Assembly (NCBI GenBank): GCA_963804565.1
Contig: CAWDQV010000001.1
Location: forward strand, 229,134-293,133
Length of the DNA stretch: 64,000 nucleotides
Direction: 5' to 3'
From: Candidatus Dormiibacterota bacterium
Lineage (GTDB): Bacteria; Chloroflexota; Dormibacteria; Aeolococcales; Bog-877
Shown: positions 1-11,486 of the stretch, in pieces
How the letters are laid out: the number at the start of each line of letters is the position of its first letter
Position numbering within the stretch: the first letter of the stretch is position 1
Translations under genes and position numbers: made by a program
The notes under the pieces: generated by a model
What the model saw: only the letters and a program-made list of their open reading frames with translations
What the model was told of the DNA's origin: nothing
Database searches by the model: none

Positions 1-1813
1 CGAGGCGTTGGTCGCCGCGCAGGAACTGGGCAGTCAGAGAGTCCCGGCTGGCCAGCAGCTCGGCCAGGGTCCCGGCGGCCACCACATAACCGCCGTGCTC
101 TCCGGCGCCGGGACCCATGTCGACCACAAAGTCGGCGCTTCGAATGGTCTCCTCGTCGTGCTCCACCACCAGCACGGTGTTGCCCAGGTCCCTCAGCCGG
201 AAGAGGGTTGCCAACAGCTTTCCGTTGTCCCTCTGGTGCAGTCCGATGCTGGGCTCGTCGAGGATGTAGAGGACACCGGTCAAACGGCTGCCGATCTGAG
301 TCGCAAGGCGGATTCGCTGGGCCTCGCCGCCTGATAAAGATCCCGCGGACCGATCCAGGGTGAGGTATTGGAGCCCGACGTCGTTGAGGAAGCCCACCCG
401 CTCCCGGATCTCCTTGATTATTCGCCGGGCTATCTCCTGCTCCCGGTCGGAGAGCTTCCAGCCGGTAACCGTCGCGAGGACCTCGTCTACCGGTTGGGCG
501 CAGAGATCCATGATCCCGAGGCCCATCACGGTGACCGCCAGGAACTCCGGGCGGAGCCGCTTCCCCTTGCATGTGGGACAGGGGCGCTGCATCATCAGCC
601 GCTCAATCCCCTCCTTGACCGCCGCCGACTCGGTCTCCCGGTAGCGCCGCTCCAGGTTGGGGATGACCCCCTCGAACTTGGCCTGATAGTTGTGCACCCG
701 CCCACTTCGGCTGCGAAAGCGCATCGGCACCGTCTCACCCTTGGGTAGCCCGTAGAGGATCACGTCGCGCTGGCCCGCGGTCAGCCGGCGCCAGGGGCGA
801 TCGAGCGGAACGCGGTTGGCGCTGGCGACTGCCTCAATCAACTCCGACATCCACTGCTGAGCCGGACCCCAACTCCACCCCGAGACGACTCCCTGGGAGA
901 TCGACTTCTCGGGATCGGTGACCACGGCGTCCGGATCGACCTCCATGCGAGCTCCCAACCCGGTGCAGTCGGGGCAGGCGCCATGTGGGTTGTTGAAGGA
1001 GAAGTTGCGCGGCTGGGGCTCCTCCATGGAGAGCCCGTCATAGACGCAGGCGAACTGCTCGGAGAAGAGCATGTCTTGCAGGCCCGAGTCGGCATCGGCG
1101 GGAGCAATCAGCACGGTCCCGCCCGAAAGCTGGGATGCCTGCTCGCAACTCTCCCGCAGTCTGGAGAGTGACTCTGGGTCCAGCACCAGTCGGTCAACCA
1201 CGATCTCGAGGTCGTGGTTCAACTTCTTGTCCAGCTGGGGAACGTCATCCAGGGTATGAACTCGGCCGTCGACCCGAACTCGAACGTAGCCCTGGCGACG
1301 GGCCAACTCGAAGATCGCCTGGTGCTCGCCTTTGCGCCCCTGGACCATCGGCGCGAGGACCATGATCCGCGTCCCCTCCGGCAGGCTGGCCACCTGGTCC
1401 GCGATCTGTTCGACGGTCTGGCGGGAGATTTCCCTGCCGCACTTAGGGCAGTGAGGATGACCCACCCGCGCGTAGAGCAGACGCAGGTAGTCGTAGACCT
1501 CGGTCACCGTGCCGACCGTGGACCGAGGGTTGCGCCCGGCACCCTTCTGGTCGATGGAGATGGCCGGTGAGAGCCCGTCGATGTGATCTACGTCGGGCTT
1601 CTCCATCTGGCCCAGGAATTGGCGTGCATAGGCGGAAAGGGACTCCACATACCGTCGCTGACCCTCCGCGTAAATCGTGTCGAAGGCCAGTGAGGACTTG
1701 CCCGACCCGCTCAGTCCAGTGATCACGGTCAGCTGGTCCCTGGGAATGTCCAGGTCGACGTCGCGAAGGTTGTGCTCCCGGGCGCCCCGGATCGAAATAA
1801 AGGCCTGTCCCAT
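1..1813 (-). CDS. uvrA: Excinuclease ABC subunit A (5' part; runs off the window start)
   Basis: Manual translation from ATG 1813 gives [107 protein letters not shown] occurs near 340-220. Absent from the ORF track because it has no stop in the window. Confidence 0.97.
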   Translation of the reverse strand, partial: MGQAFISIRGAREHNLRDVDLDIPRDQLTVITGLSGSGKSSLAFDTIYAEGQRRYVESLSAYARQFLGQMEKPDVDHIDGLSPAISIDQKGAGRNPRSTVGTVTEVYDYLRLLYARVGHPHCPKCGREISRQTVEQIADQVASLPEGTRIMVLAPMVQGRKGEHQAIFELARRQGYVRVRVDGRVHTLDDVPQLDKKLNHDLEIVVDRLVLDPESLSRLRESCEQASQLSGGTVLIAPADADSGLQDMLFSEQFACVYDGLSMEEPQPRNFSFNNPHGACPDCTGLGARMEVDPDAVVTDPEKSISQGVVSGWSWGPAQQWMSELIEAVASANRVPLDRPWRRLTAGQRDVILYGLPKGETVPMRFRSRSGRVHNYQAKFEGVIPNLERRYRETESAAVKEGIERLMMQRPCPTCKGKRLRPEFLAVTVMGLGIMDLCAQPVDEVLATVTGWKLSDREQEIARRIIKEIRERVGFLNDVGLQYLTLDRSAGSLSGGEAQRIRLATQIGSRLTGVLYILDEPSIGLHQRDNGKLLATLFRLRDLGNTVLVVEHDEETIRSADFVVDMGPGAGEHGGYVVAAGTLAELLASRDSLTAQFLRGDQRL

Positions 1814-1926
1814 CCCTGTGTAGCCTACCGTTCTGAGGCCGAGGGCAAACGCCCGTACGCTGCCCGACCACACCGGTCAGTGCGGCACTTGGCCTTCGTG
1901 CTAGCTCCGTACTAGTACGCCCCACG

Positions 1927-1968
1927 GAAAAGGAGGGCTGGTTGACCGGTGGTCCGGCACAGCCCTTC
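1927..1968 (-). terminator. Putative intrinsic terminator after osmC
   Basis: Minus-strand stem AGGGCTG...CAGCCCT followed by CCTTTT, just downstream of the osmC stop. Confidence 0.45.
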
Positions 1969-1977
1969 GCGTCCGCG

Positions 1978-2403
1978 CTAGGCCAGCTTGGCTTCCAGGA
2001 AGATGTCGACGCCTGCGAGCGCCTTTGAGACCGGGCACGAGAGCTTGGTCAAGTGAGCATGTTCCTGGAACACCTCATCGCTGATCCCAGGGACCTCGCC
2101 GACGGTCTCGAGGTGGATGGTGGTGATCCGAAAACCCTCGCTGAGCTTCTCGATGGCAACCTCGGCGGCGGTTTCCAGGCGGTAGGGCGGGTGTCCCGCG
2201 GCGGTGAGTCCTGCAGCCAATGCCAAGTTGAAGCAGGCGGCGTGGGCAGCCCCCAGGAGTTCTTCTGGATTAGTGCCAGGATCGGAGCCAAACCTGGATC
2301 CAGCGGAGTACTCAACGGCCACAGTTCCGCTCTCGGTACGGATGTTGCCGCCCCCGCCGGCACCACTTGGAGCCCAGCTGGCGCGGGCCTTTCTAAGCGG
2401 CAT
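1978..2403 (-). CDS. osmC: OsmC family peroxiredoxin
   Basis: GTNPEELLGAAHAACF and CPVSKAL motifs; GGAGG RBS. Confidence 0.93.
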   Translation of the reverse strand: MPLRKARASWAPSGAGGGGNIRTESGTVAVEYSAGSRFGSDPGTNPEELLGAAHAACFNLALAAGLTAAGHPPYRLETAAEVAIEKLSEGFRITTIHLETVGEVPGISDEVFQEHAHLTKLSCPVSKALAGVDIFLEAKLA

Positions 2404-2502
2404 CGATAACCCTCCTCGATTTCACGACAACCCTCACCCCAGTTTCTTAGATTTGTCGCCGATTGAGGCCGCTTTTTGCGCCCCGTGCCATCGAGATCAG
2501 GG

Positions 2503-4554
2503 CTAGCGGCGGCGCCGCGGCCGGGCGCCGACTACTCTTGCTCGCTTCGGTGGGGCTGGAGGGTCCTCCGCGCCGGGACCCATGTCGGTGGCCATTCTGC
2601 GCAGCGAGACCAGGCGGTCGCGGAGCTGGGCAGCTCGCTCGAACTCCAGGTCGGAGGCCGCTTTGCGCATGGCCTTCTCCACGTCCTTGGTCAGCCGCAG
2701 CAGCTGGTCCGGAGGCAACCCCACCGCGTCCTGGAACTCCGCGGCCGCCTCCTGCAACTCGGCACGCACCATCTCCTGTTCACGCACCGCCTTCACGATG
2801 GTCGCCGGGGTGATCCCGTTCAGCTGGTTGTTCTCGGCCTGGATGGTCCGGCGCCGGGACGTCTCGTCCAGTGCCTCCTGCATCGCGGCAGAGGTTCGTT
2901 CGGCGTACATGACCACCCGCCCGTTGACGTTCCGGGCGGCCCGTCCAGCGGTCTGGATCAGGGAGCGGAAACTGCGCAGGTAGCCCTCCTTATCGGCATC
3001 GAGGATGGCGATGAAACTCACCTCAGGCAGGTCTAGCCCCTCGCGGAGCAGGTTGATCCCCACTATCACGTCGTAGACCCCGAGCCTGAGGTCCCGGATG
3101 ATCTCCACCCGCTCGAGGGTGTCGACGTCCGAGTGGAGGTACTGAACCTTTACGCCCGCCTCGCGCAGATAGTCGGTCAGATCCTCCGCCATCCGCTTGG
3201 TCAGGGTCGTCACCAGACACCTCTCGGAGCGACTCACGGTGCGGCGGATCTCGGCCAGCAGGTCGTCCACCTGGCCCTTCGACGGGCGCACCTCGATGGT
3301 CGGATCCAGCAGCCCGGTGGGTCGTATCAGCTGTTCGACCACCTGGGTAGCTCGTTCCAGCTCGTAGGGACCGGGCGTGGCTGAGACGTAGACCACCTGC
3401 CCGACCGAGTCCTCCCACTCGGCGAAGGTCAGCGGCCGGTTGTCCAGCGCCGACGGCAGCCGGAATCCGTATTCGACCAGAGGGATCTTCCGCGAGCGAT
3501 CGCCCCCGTACATGCCCCCGATCTGGGGCACGGCGACGTGGGACTCGTCGACCACTATCAGGGTGTCCTGGGGCAGGTAGTCCATCAGGGTGAAGGGGCG
3601 CTCGCCCTCCCGCCGACCGCTCAGGTGACGGGAGTAGTTCTCCACCCCGGCGCAAGTGCCCGTCTCTCTGAGCATCTCCAGGTCGAACATGGTCCGCTGG
3701 CGGAGCCGCTGGGCCTCGAGCAGCTTCCCCTGCCTGTCAAGTTCGGCGGACCGCCACTCCAGCTCCTCCTCGATCGCCGTAATCGCCAGGGCCAACTTGT
3801 CGCGGGGGGTGGCGTAGTGGGAGGCGGGGAAGATGGTTAGCTCCGAGCGGTCGCCCAGGATCTCCCCGGTCAGGGGATCGAAGTCGACGATCCGCTCGAC
3901 CACGTCACCGAAGAATTCGATCCGGCTGGCGACCTCTTCGTAGGCGGGCTGGACATCCACCACGTCCCCGCGCACCCGAAACCGGCTCCTGCCGAAGTCG
4001 AGGTCGTTGCGGGCGTACTGCAGGTCCACCAGCTTGCGCAGCAGGATGTCGCGCCGCCAGCTGCCGCCCTGGCGCACCTCGAGCGACTCGCCCAGGTAGT
4101 TCTCCGGCGATCCGATACCGTATATGCAGGAGATTGAGGCCACCACGATGACGTCCCGTCGGGTCAGCAGCGACCTGGTGGCGGCGTTCCGCAGGCGGTC
4201 GATCTCCTCGTTCCGCGAGGAATCCTTCTCGATATAGGTGTCGGTACGGGCAATGTAGGCTTCAGGTTGGTAGTAGTCGTAGTACGAGACGAAGTACTCG
4301 ACGGCGTTCTTTGGGAAGAACGCTCTGAACTCAGCCCAGAGCTGGGCCGCCAGGGTCTTGTTCGGACTCAGCACCAGAACCGGCCGCTGAACTCCCGCAA
4401 TCAGATTGGAGACAGTGAAAGTCTTGCCGCTGCCAGTGACCCCCAGGAGCACCTGGTGGAGGTCGCCCCTGTCGACTCCTGACCTCAACGTCGCGATGGC
4501 CGCCGGCTGGTCCCCGGTGGGAGTGAAGGGTGCCTCTAGGTCGAACTGGGCCAC
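2503..4554 (-). CDS. uvrB: Excinuclease ABC subunit B
   Basis: [40 protein letters not shown] and a C-terminal UVR motif. Confidence 0.98.
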   Translation of the reverse strand: MAQFDLEAPFTPTGDQPAAIATLRSGVDRGDLHQVLLGVTGSGKTFTVSNLIAGVQRPVLVLSPNKTLAAQLWAEFRAFFPKNAVEYFVSYYDYYQPEAYIARTDTYIEKDSSRNEEIDRLRNAATRSLLTRRDVIVVASISCIYGIGSPENYLGESLEVRQGGSWRRDILLRKLVDLQYARNDLDFGRSRFRVRGDVVDVQPAYEEVASRIEFFGDVVERIVDFDPLTGEILGDRSELTIFPASHYATPRDKLALAITAIEEELEWRSAELDRQGKLLEAQRLRQRTMFDLEMLRETGTCAGVENYSRHLSGRREGERPFTLMDYLPQDTLIVVDESHVAVPQIGGMYGGDRSRKIPLVEYGFRLPSALDNRPLTFAEWEDSVGQVVYVSATPGPYELERATQVVEQLIRPTGLLDPTIEVRPSKGQVDDLLAEIRRTVSRSERCLVTTLTKRMAEDLTDYLREAGVKVQYLHSDVDTLERVEIIRDLRLGVYDVIVGINLLREGLDLPEVSFIAILDADKEGYLRSFRSLIQTAGRAARNVNGRVVMYAERTSAAMQEALDETSRRRTIQAENNQLNGITPATIVKAVREQEMVRAELQEAAAEFQDAVGLPPDQLLRLTKDVEKAMRKAASDLEFERAAQLRDRLVSLRRMATDMGPGAEDPPAPPKRARVVGARPRRRR

Positions 4555-4609
4555 TCAGCGAGTATCGCAGCGTCGGGCAGCTTGCCACGCGCGACTATCG
4601 GAGCAGTCA

Positions 4610-6451
4610 GTGGCCCTCCTGAGCTGCTCTGACGTCTCCATCGAGTACGCCGACCGCGTCGTGTTCTCCGGCCTCGACCTGAAGCTGGAGCCGGGCGACC
4701 GGCTGGGCGTCGTCGGGAGCAACGGTGAGGGGAAGTCGACGCTGCTCAACCTGCTGGCCGGGGTGGAGCAGCCCAGCTCTGGCCGTCTCGACCGCCCCGG
4801 GCGTCTTCTCGTGGCACACCTACCGCAGGAGTCGCCTGAGCCGGTTGCGGAAACCGTCTTGGGCGAGGCGATGGCCAGCCGAACCGACCTGGCCCGGCTA
4901 TGGGACGACTTGGCGCATCTCGAACATCGGCTCACCATCGCCGGCCCGGAGAGTGAGGCCGAGCTGGTCCGCTACGGAGAAGCGCAGTCCGCCTACGACG
5001 GGCTCGGCGGGTACGAGCTAGAGGCCAAGGCACGCGCCGTCCTTGGTGGTTTGGGTCTCAGCGAAGCAGAGCAGGCCCGTTCCCCACGTGAGCTCAGCGT
5101 GGGGCAGATAAGGCGTCTGGAACTGAGCAAGCTTCTCCTCCAGGACGTCGACCTCCTCCTTCTCGACGAGCCGACCAATCACCTCGACCTGGCCGCCATT
5201 GAGTGGTTGGAAGCTCATCTTCTCCAGAGCGCCCCCACCCTGTGTCTGGTCGCTCACGACCGCCGCCTTCTGGAGCGGGTCTGCAATCGCATTGTCGAGC
5301 TGGGATCCGGCCGCGCCGAGGTCTATGAGGGCGGATACACCAGCTACCTGCGCCAGCGCAAGGAACGCCGGCTCAGGTGGCGCCGTACCTGGGAGGCTCA
5401 GCAGGCGCACATCACCCATCAGGAGGAGTACATCCGCCGTTACAAGGCGGGCCAGCGGGCACGTCAGGCCAGAGGCCGGCAGACACTGCTCGACCGCCTG
5501 GAGCGGGTGCCCGAGCCGACGGAGTTGCAGCGAATGCGGCTCACCTTGCATGCGGCTCCGAGCGCCCACGTGGTGGTCCGGACCGAGGGGCTGTCCTGCG
5601 GCCGAGACCAGGTCCAGCTCTTCTCGGTGCCCGACCTGGGTATCGCGCGCGGTGACCGGATCGCTGTCCTGGGGCCGAACGGATCGGGGAAGACCACGCT
5701 GCTTCACACCCTCGCCGGTCAGCTGCCTCCCGTGCGTGGGCGGGTTCTGCCCGGAGCGCGCGCGCGGATCCGCGAGTACCACCAGGACTTCGCCGACCTC
5801 GATGTGGACCGCTCCGTGCTGGAGAACCTGCTCGATGACCACCCGGGCTCTCTACCGGAGCGCGCCCGGTCGGTGCTAGGCGCAATGCTCTTCTCCGGGG
5901 AGCGCGCGCTGAGCCGAGTCCGGGATCTGTCGGGCGGTGAGAAGGCCAGGGTGGCCCTCTCCCGGCTGGGCATGGACGATGCCAACTGCCTGCTGCTGGA
6001 CGAACCGACCAACCACCTGGACATCCCTTCGCAGGAGGTCCTCGAGGAGGCCCTCGCGCACTACCCAGGAGCGGTGCTCCTGGTCTCCCACGACCGCTAC
6101 TTCGTCGACGCCGTCGCGACGACCGTTTACGAGGTGGAGGGAGGTGAGCTGCGCGAGCGCCGCACCGCGCCGACCAAGCCTGTTCCCCAGACGCCGACAA
6201 GGCGGGCGCAGATCAAGGCCCCCAAGAAGCCTGCTGCCCCGGCGACCGATCCGCCCCGTCGCAAAGTTGAACTCTTGATCGAGAGATTGGAGCAGGAGCA
6301 GGCGGCTCTGGAGATCAAGCTAGCCGACCCCCAAACGTTCAAGTCTTCCGATCGGGGTCAGCAGGTTGTACGCCAATTCGAGGCGACTCGCCTGGAGCTT
6401 GAGGCGGCCTATGCCACCTGGCTCGCCCGCGAGCCTAGCACCGAGCGGTAA
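4610..6451 (+). CDS. ABC-F family ATP-binding protein (Uup/YdiF-like)
   Basis: Two ABC domains (GSNGEGKST; GPNGSGKTT, LSGGE, LLDEPTNHLD twice), a linker and a C-terminal coiled coil; no transmembrane segment. GTG 4610 is chosen as start because the longer ORF overlaps uvrB. Confidence 0.9.
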   Translation: MALLSCSDVSIEYADRVVFSGLDLKLEPGDRLGVVGSNGEGKSTLLNLLAGVEQPSSGRLDRPGRLLVAHLPQESPEPVAETVLGEAMASRTDLARLWDDLAHLEHRLTIAGPESEAELVRYGEAQSAYDGLGGYELEAKARAVLGGLGLSEAEQARSPRELSVGQIRRLELSKLLLQDVDLLLLDEPTNHLDLAAIEWLEAHLLQSAPTLCLVAHDRRLLERVCNRIVELGSGRAEVYEGGYTSYLRQRKERRLRWRRTWEAQQAHITHQEEYIRRYKAGQRARQARGRQTLLDRLERVPEPTELQRMRLTLHAAPSAHVVVRTEGLSCGRDQVQLFSVPDLGIARGDRIAVLGPNGSGKTTLLHTLAGQLPPVRGRVLPGARARIREYHQDFADLDVDRSVLENLLDDHPGSLPERARSVLGAMLFSGERALSRVRDLSGGEKARVALSRLGMDDANCLLLDEPTNHLDIPSQEVLEEALAHYPGAVLLVSHDRYFVDAVATTVYEVEGGELRERRTAPTKPVPQTPTRRAQIKAPKKPAAPATDPPRRKVELLIERLEQEQAALEIKLADPQTFKSSDRGQQVVRQFEATRLELEAAYATWLAREPSTER

Positions 6452-7512
6452 ACCTCAGCGACCTGCGGCCCAACCGCATCCCAGGAGAACCTTTCCACCA
6501 CGGTCTGTCGAGCTTCATGGGAGAGCGCCTCCCACCTCGCCTGATCGCCCAAGACCTCCTTTGTCGCGGCGGTCAAGGCTGCCTGGTCTCCGAGCGGCAC
6601 CAGCACCACCCCTCCCCCCTTGAGGTCGGTCAGTCCAGGGACATCGGTCGCCACAACCGGGGTGCCCGCCGCCATCGCCTCAAGTGCGACTACCCCCAAT
6701 CCCTCGTAACGAGAGGGCACCAGTAGGACCAACGAGCGCTGGTAGGACTTGGCCAACTCCGATTCCGAGACCCGGCCCCGCACGTGCAACCTTCCCTGGA
6801 ACTCCGCCGCGGCCTTCTGGGCGGCCGGCAGCATCGGGCCCTCTCCACAGATCTCAGCCCTCAACGTGGGGAACCTCTGGCTCAGCTCCCGGAAGGCGGC
6901 GATGAACTGCGGGACCCCCTTGATCGGCACCAACCGCCCAACGAAGAGCATGGTGTCGCGTTCTCCATAACCGCCTTTGGGGCTGAGCCACTCGGTGTCG
7001 ATCCCGACCGGGATGACGCTGATCTTCTCCGGCGGAACGTCGTAGTCCCTAGCCAGCGAAGTTGCGGTCGAGGGGGAAACCGCGATGACATGCTCCGAGA
7101 AGCGATACGCCCGTGCCTCTATCGATCCGAGCGGTCGGGTCGCCAGCCTTCTTCCGTGGGAGGTGCGGTAGGTGTGGTTGGCGGTGTACACCAGGGGCGC
7201 AGTCGGAGGGTGTCGGAATAGGAGGACCCCACCTGGCCCCCCCAGCGCATGCCAGACGTCCGGGCTGAGCGCCTTGGCTACCTCTGGGAGTCTGCGCCTC
7301 AGCCAGAGCGAGAAGTCCAGCGGCGCTCGGCGAGTCCTCTTGGGGATCCGCAGCCCCGGGCCCCACGGGGTTCTCCGGGCACTGACCATCTCGATGTCGA
7401 ACCCGAACTTCGGCATCTCCTCTTCGATGGCACCCGCATATCGCCCCTGGCCACCGATGGGTGGCACGTCGTCGTAGGAGAGCAGGGCCACGCGGGAGGT
7501 CAATGCTGGCAT
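6409..7512 (-). CDS. Glycosyltransferase family 4 (GT-B)
   Basis: PPIGGQG, FVGRLVPIKG, PSRYEGLGVVALEAMAAGTPVV. Confidence 0.9.
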   Translation of the reverse strand: MPALTSRVALLSYDDVPPIGGQGRYAGAIEEEMPKFGFDIEMVSARRTPWGPGLRIPKRTRRAPLDFSLWLRRRLPEVAKALSPDVWHALGGPGGVLLFRHPPTAPLVYTANHTYRTSHGRRLATRPLGSIEARAYRFSEHVIAVSPSTATSLARDYDVPPEKISVIPVGIDTEWLSPKGGYGERDTMLFVGRLVPIKGVPQFIAAFRELSQRFPTLRAEICGEGPMLPAAQKAAAEFQGRLHVRGRVSESELAKSYQRSLVLLVPSRYEGLGVVALEAMAAGTPVVATDVPGLTDLKGGGVVLVPLGDQAALTAATKEVLGDQARWEALSHEARQTVVERFSWDAVGPQVAEVYRSVLGSRASQVA

Positions 7513-8324
7513 CTTTGGCAGTAGACCGTGCTCCTACCCCCCACTCGCGTTTGTCGCAGGGTAGCGCCGCAGCGAACACAGGGCAAGCCGCCGCGCCCGT
7601 ATACGAAGAGAGCCTCGTAGGCTTCGCCTCGGGCTCCAAAACCATCCCGAAAATCGGAGAAAGACGAGCCCCGAAGAAGCACCGCGGCCCGCATTACGAC
7701 CGGCAGGGCCATTGCTAGTCGGCCTGCCTGGGCGCGAGTCAGGGCATAGGCCCGCTTGTCGGGGCGAACCCGGGCCAGGAAACAAGCTTCGTCGGCGTAG
7801 ATATTCCCGCAGCCCGCCACAATGGCCTGGTCCAAAAGGACCGCCTTCACTTGCCTCCCCGAGCTCCTTAGGGCTTGCACGAAACCACTCTGGGGAAAAT
7901 TCCCGGCCAACGGCTCTGGCCCTAGCCGGGGCAAGGCCCCGCTCAGTCGAAGCTCACTTGGGCGTCCGAGAAGGATTCGGCCGAAACGGCGAGGGTCGCG
8001 GAACCGCAGCTGGAGCTGGTCGTCCAGATCGAGGACCAGGTGCGTGTGGATCGCACGGGACTCCTCGGGGCGCATCAGGGTTAGCGATCCGGTCATCCCC
8101 AGGTGAACCACCAGGTGCTCACCTCCACTGAGGCCGAGATGGATGAACTTGCCCCGCCGGCGCACAGTCGCCAGACGTTGGCCCTCGGTCCGCTGTACGA
8201 AGGTGGCGGGATCGGCATGACGAAGTACTGAGCTTCGGATCAGCTCCGCCCTGGCAACGGTCCGGCCCACAAGATGGGGGCGGAGGTCGCGCACGATGGT
8301 CTCCACCTCCGGAAGTTCGGGCAC
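7500..8324 (-). CDS. mutM: Formamidopyrimidine-DNA glycosylase
   Basis: N-terminal (M)PELPEVET from GTG 8324, HLGMTG, DPRRFG, GNIYADE and a C-terminal CxxC..CxxC zinc finger. Confidence 0.96.
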   Translation of the reverse strand: MPELPEVETIVRDLRPHLVGRTVARAELIRSSVLRHADPATFVQRTEGQRLATVRRRGKFIHLGLSGGEHLVVHLGMTGSLTLMRPEESRAIHTHLVLDLDDQLQLRFRDPRRFGRILLGRPSELRLSGALPRLGPEPLAGNFPQSGFVQALRSSGRQVKAVLLDQAIVAGCGNIYADEACFLARVRPDKRAYALTRAQAGRLAMALPVVMRAAVLLRGSSFSDFRDGFGARGEAYEALFVYGRGGLPCVRCGATLRQTRVGGRSTVYCQRCQH

Positions 8325-8331
8325 GTGAGGG

Positions 8332-11065
8332 TCAGCTCGCGGCGCGACGCAGTGGACTGAGATCTCGCCAGTTCGGTCCGCTCTTGAGGTCCACGACCAG
8401 CGGCACTGACAGCTCGATCGCGCCCGCCATGCCCTCCGCGGCCAGCTCCGCCACAACCTCGACTTCGCTGATCGGCGCTTCGAAGACGAGCTCATCGTGA
8501 ACTTGTAGAAGCATTCGGGCTGCGCAGCCTGAGGCCCTGAGCGCCTGGGCGGTTCGGATCATCCCCAACTTCATGATGTCGGCAGCCGAGCCCTGGATCG
8601 GCATGTTGATCGCCATCCGCTCGCTCGCTTCGCGTACCTGTCGATTGCTGGAATTGATGTCGGTGAGGTAGCGCCGACGGCCCAGGATGGTGCTCACATA
8701 CCCCTGCCGTCGAGCTTCTTCGCGGACCGTCTCGAGGTACCCCTGCACTCCCGCGTAGGTGGCGAAGTAGCGCCGGATGAAGTCATCCGCGACGTCGGTG
8801 GCAATCCCCAAGTCGCGCGATAGCCCGTAGCTGGATAGGCCGTAGAGGATCCCGAAGTTCACCACCTTGGCCATCCGGCGCTGGTCCGAGCCGACCTGCT
8901 CCTGGGGCACCCCGAAGACCTGCGCTGCGGTGTCGGCGTGGATGTCGTCCCCTCGGGCAAATGACGCTCCCAGCCGTGGGTCCTGGCTGAGATGGGCGAG
9001 CACCCGCAACTCGATCTGTGAATAGTCGGCCGAGACCAGCACCCAGTCATCGGGCCCGGGGATGAACGCCGCCCGGATACGCCGACCCAATTCGGTACGG
9101 ATTGGGATGTTCTGCAGGTTGGGATCGCTAGACGAGAGCCGACCCGTCGCTGCCACCGCCTGGTTGAAGCTGGTGTGGACTCGACCGTCATCGGGGTCGA
9201 CAAGGTCCGGCAGCGCATCCACGTAGGTGCTCTTCAGCTTGGTCACCTGGCGCCACTCCAGCACCAGGCCCACGATGGCATGCTCCTCTCGCAGTAACTC
9301 CAAAGCCTGCGCATCGGTTGAGCGGCCCGTCTTGGTGCGCCTCGAACTCTTGAGCCCCAGTTCGTCGTAGAGCAGGGCGGCCAGCTGCGGCGTCGATCCC
9401 GGGCTGAAGGGCCGTCCTGCCAACCGGAACATCTCGGCCTCAAGCTCCGCGATCTGCACCGTCAATGCCGACGAGATGGCTCGAAGTTGGGCGGCATCGA
9501 GACGGACGCCCAACCCCTCCATGTCGGCCAGGATGCGGAGCACCGGCAGTTCGAGGTCTCTGAGCAGCTCTCCCGCTTCCAGCTCGCGGAGCCGAAGCTC
9601 CAGCTGCGGCCGGATGGCCGCGGCGCATGCGGCCTCTGCTCCGAACAGCTGGGCCGCCTCGGCCACACCCAAAGCCGATGGGGGTCGGGCGGCGGGCCCT
9701 TTCCCGAGCACCACGTCCCGGTCAGGCGCCCGCGGTCCACTCCACTCGCGACAGAGTGCGGCTAAGGTGGGCGTTCGGCTTCGGGAATCAGCCAGGTAGG
9801 CCGCGAGTACGCAGTCGAACGCCTCACCATCGAGGTCAGCCCCAGCCCCCCGAAGTGCCAGGACGGCCTCCTTCAACTGGTAGCTCGACTTGCCGATCCC
9901 GGGCTCCAAGAGAAGGTCCAGGAGCGGACGGAGCTGCTCCCAAGTCAGATGTCCCGGCTCCGCCGATAACACCGGGCAGTACCAGCTGCTATCGACGTCG
10001 GTGGCGACGGCAATGCCAACCACTCTCCCCTTTCGCGAGGGACCGTCGACGGCGACCTCGACGGTGAACGACCCCTTCTTGCGAAGTTGTTCTATCAACC
10101 GGGACAGATCGGCGTCGGTCACAACGACTTCGGTGGGCCGACCGGCAGCTGTGGTGGACTCGGCTTGGGCCGCTCCGCCTTCACTGATCGGGAGTCGAGC
10201 CACCAGGCTCGGCATCCCGAGCTCTTCGAGCAGAGCGGCCGCTGCCTGTCGGTCATACTCGAGAAGACGGCAGTTGGCGAGGTCCAGGGCCACTCCGGGA
10301 ACCTCCTGGACGATGGTCACCAGTTCTCGACCGAATCGGGCCAGTTCAGCATTGCCGGTTAGCGCGGTCCGCACCCTGCCCGGGGGCATCTCGTCGACGG
10401 CGGACAGCACCCCGTCCAGGGAGCCGTACTGTTGGATCAGGGCAGTGGCGCTCTTTTCACCAATCCCGGGAACTCCCGGAATGTTGTCGCTCGCGTCTCC
10501 TCGCAGTGCCTTGTAATCAATGATCCGGATCGGATCAAAGCCGAACCGCTCCCGGACCGCGGCCACGTCGTAGATCATCGGCTCGCTGGTTCCACGGCGG
10601 CTGCTCTGCACCACAGTGTGTTCGTCGACCAGCTGGACCAGGTCCATATCCCCCGAGAGGATCACCGTGTCACATCCGAAAGCTTTGGCTTGGCGGGCAA
10701 GCGTGCCCAGCACGTCGTCGGCTTCGAAGCCCGGCACCATTAGCACCGGGATGTTGAGCCGCTCGGTGATCTTCTGGCAGATCGGGACCTGGGCTATCAG
10801 CTCCTCCGGACGTCGGGTCCCGAGTGGACTTGTAGGTCGCCAGTTTCTCATCGCGAAAGGTGGGTCCCGGCGGATCGAAGGCGGCAACGGCGCAATCGAA
10901 TCCACGCGCCAGCGCCAGCAGAAGGATGGACGTGTAGCCGTAGGCGACCCGGATCGATTCGCCTCGGCGGTTGGTCATCTCGGGCAGAGCGTGGTAGGCG
11001 CGAAATGCCAAGCCGTGCGCATCGACAAGCAAGAGACGGGGTCGCCTATCCGGCTCGGCCAGCAT
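8332..11065 (-). CDS. polA: DNA polymerase I (one frameshift near 10810)
   Basis: 5'-exonuclease start LLLVDAHGLAFRAYHALP in ORF 10670-11125; FEADD, DYSQIELR, NFGILYG and QVHDEL in ORF 8332-10905. Confidence 0.95.
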
Positions 11066-11486
11066 GAGTCCAATTATCCCGGCCTGTTGCCGGAACGCCC
11101 GACCTCGGGCCACCAATGGGTTCACTTGGCGGTAGCCGGATCGGGCGACCTGCTGACCGGCCAGGAGTCTGCCGCCTGGATATCGCCTTACCTTGCGGAG
11201 TTCTGCGTCGGGCGTGCCAGTGGCGCGTAGTTCGGTGATGGCGAGGGCACCTTGTGCCCAGCGGTGCTGCGAGACGCCCCCCTGTGCAGGCTTCGGCGAC
11301 CCAGGCTGGCTACTATGGCCCCAATGGAGGCTGGTAGCCCCGTCGTCGGCTCGCCCGGAGCGCTCCTCGCCTGGGCTCGATGGGAGGCGGCCACCTGATA
11401 GGTCGGACAGTAGCTGTCGGAGATCGGCGTTCGATCGCCTTCGCTCGTGATCAAGGGCGGTGCCCGGGCGTCGTGGGCGACAACTG

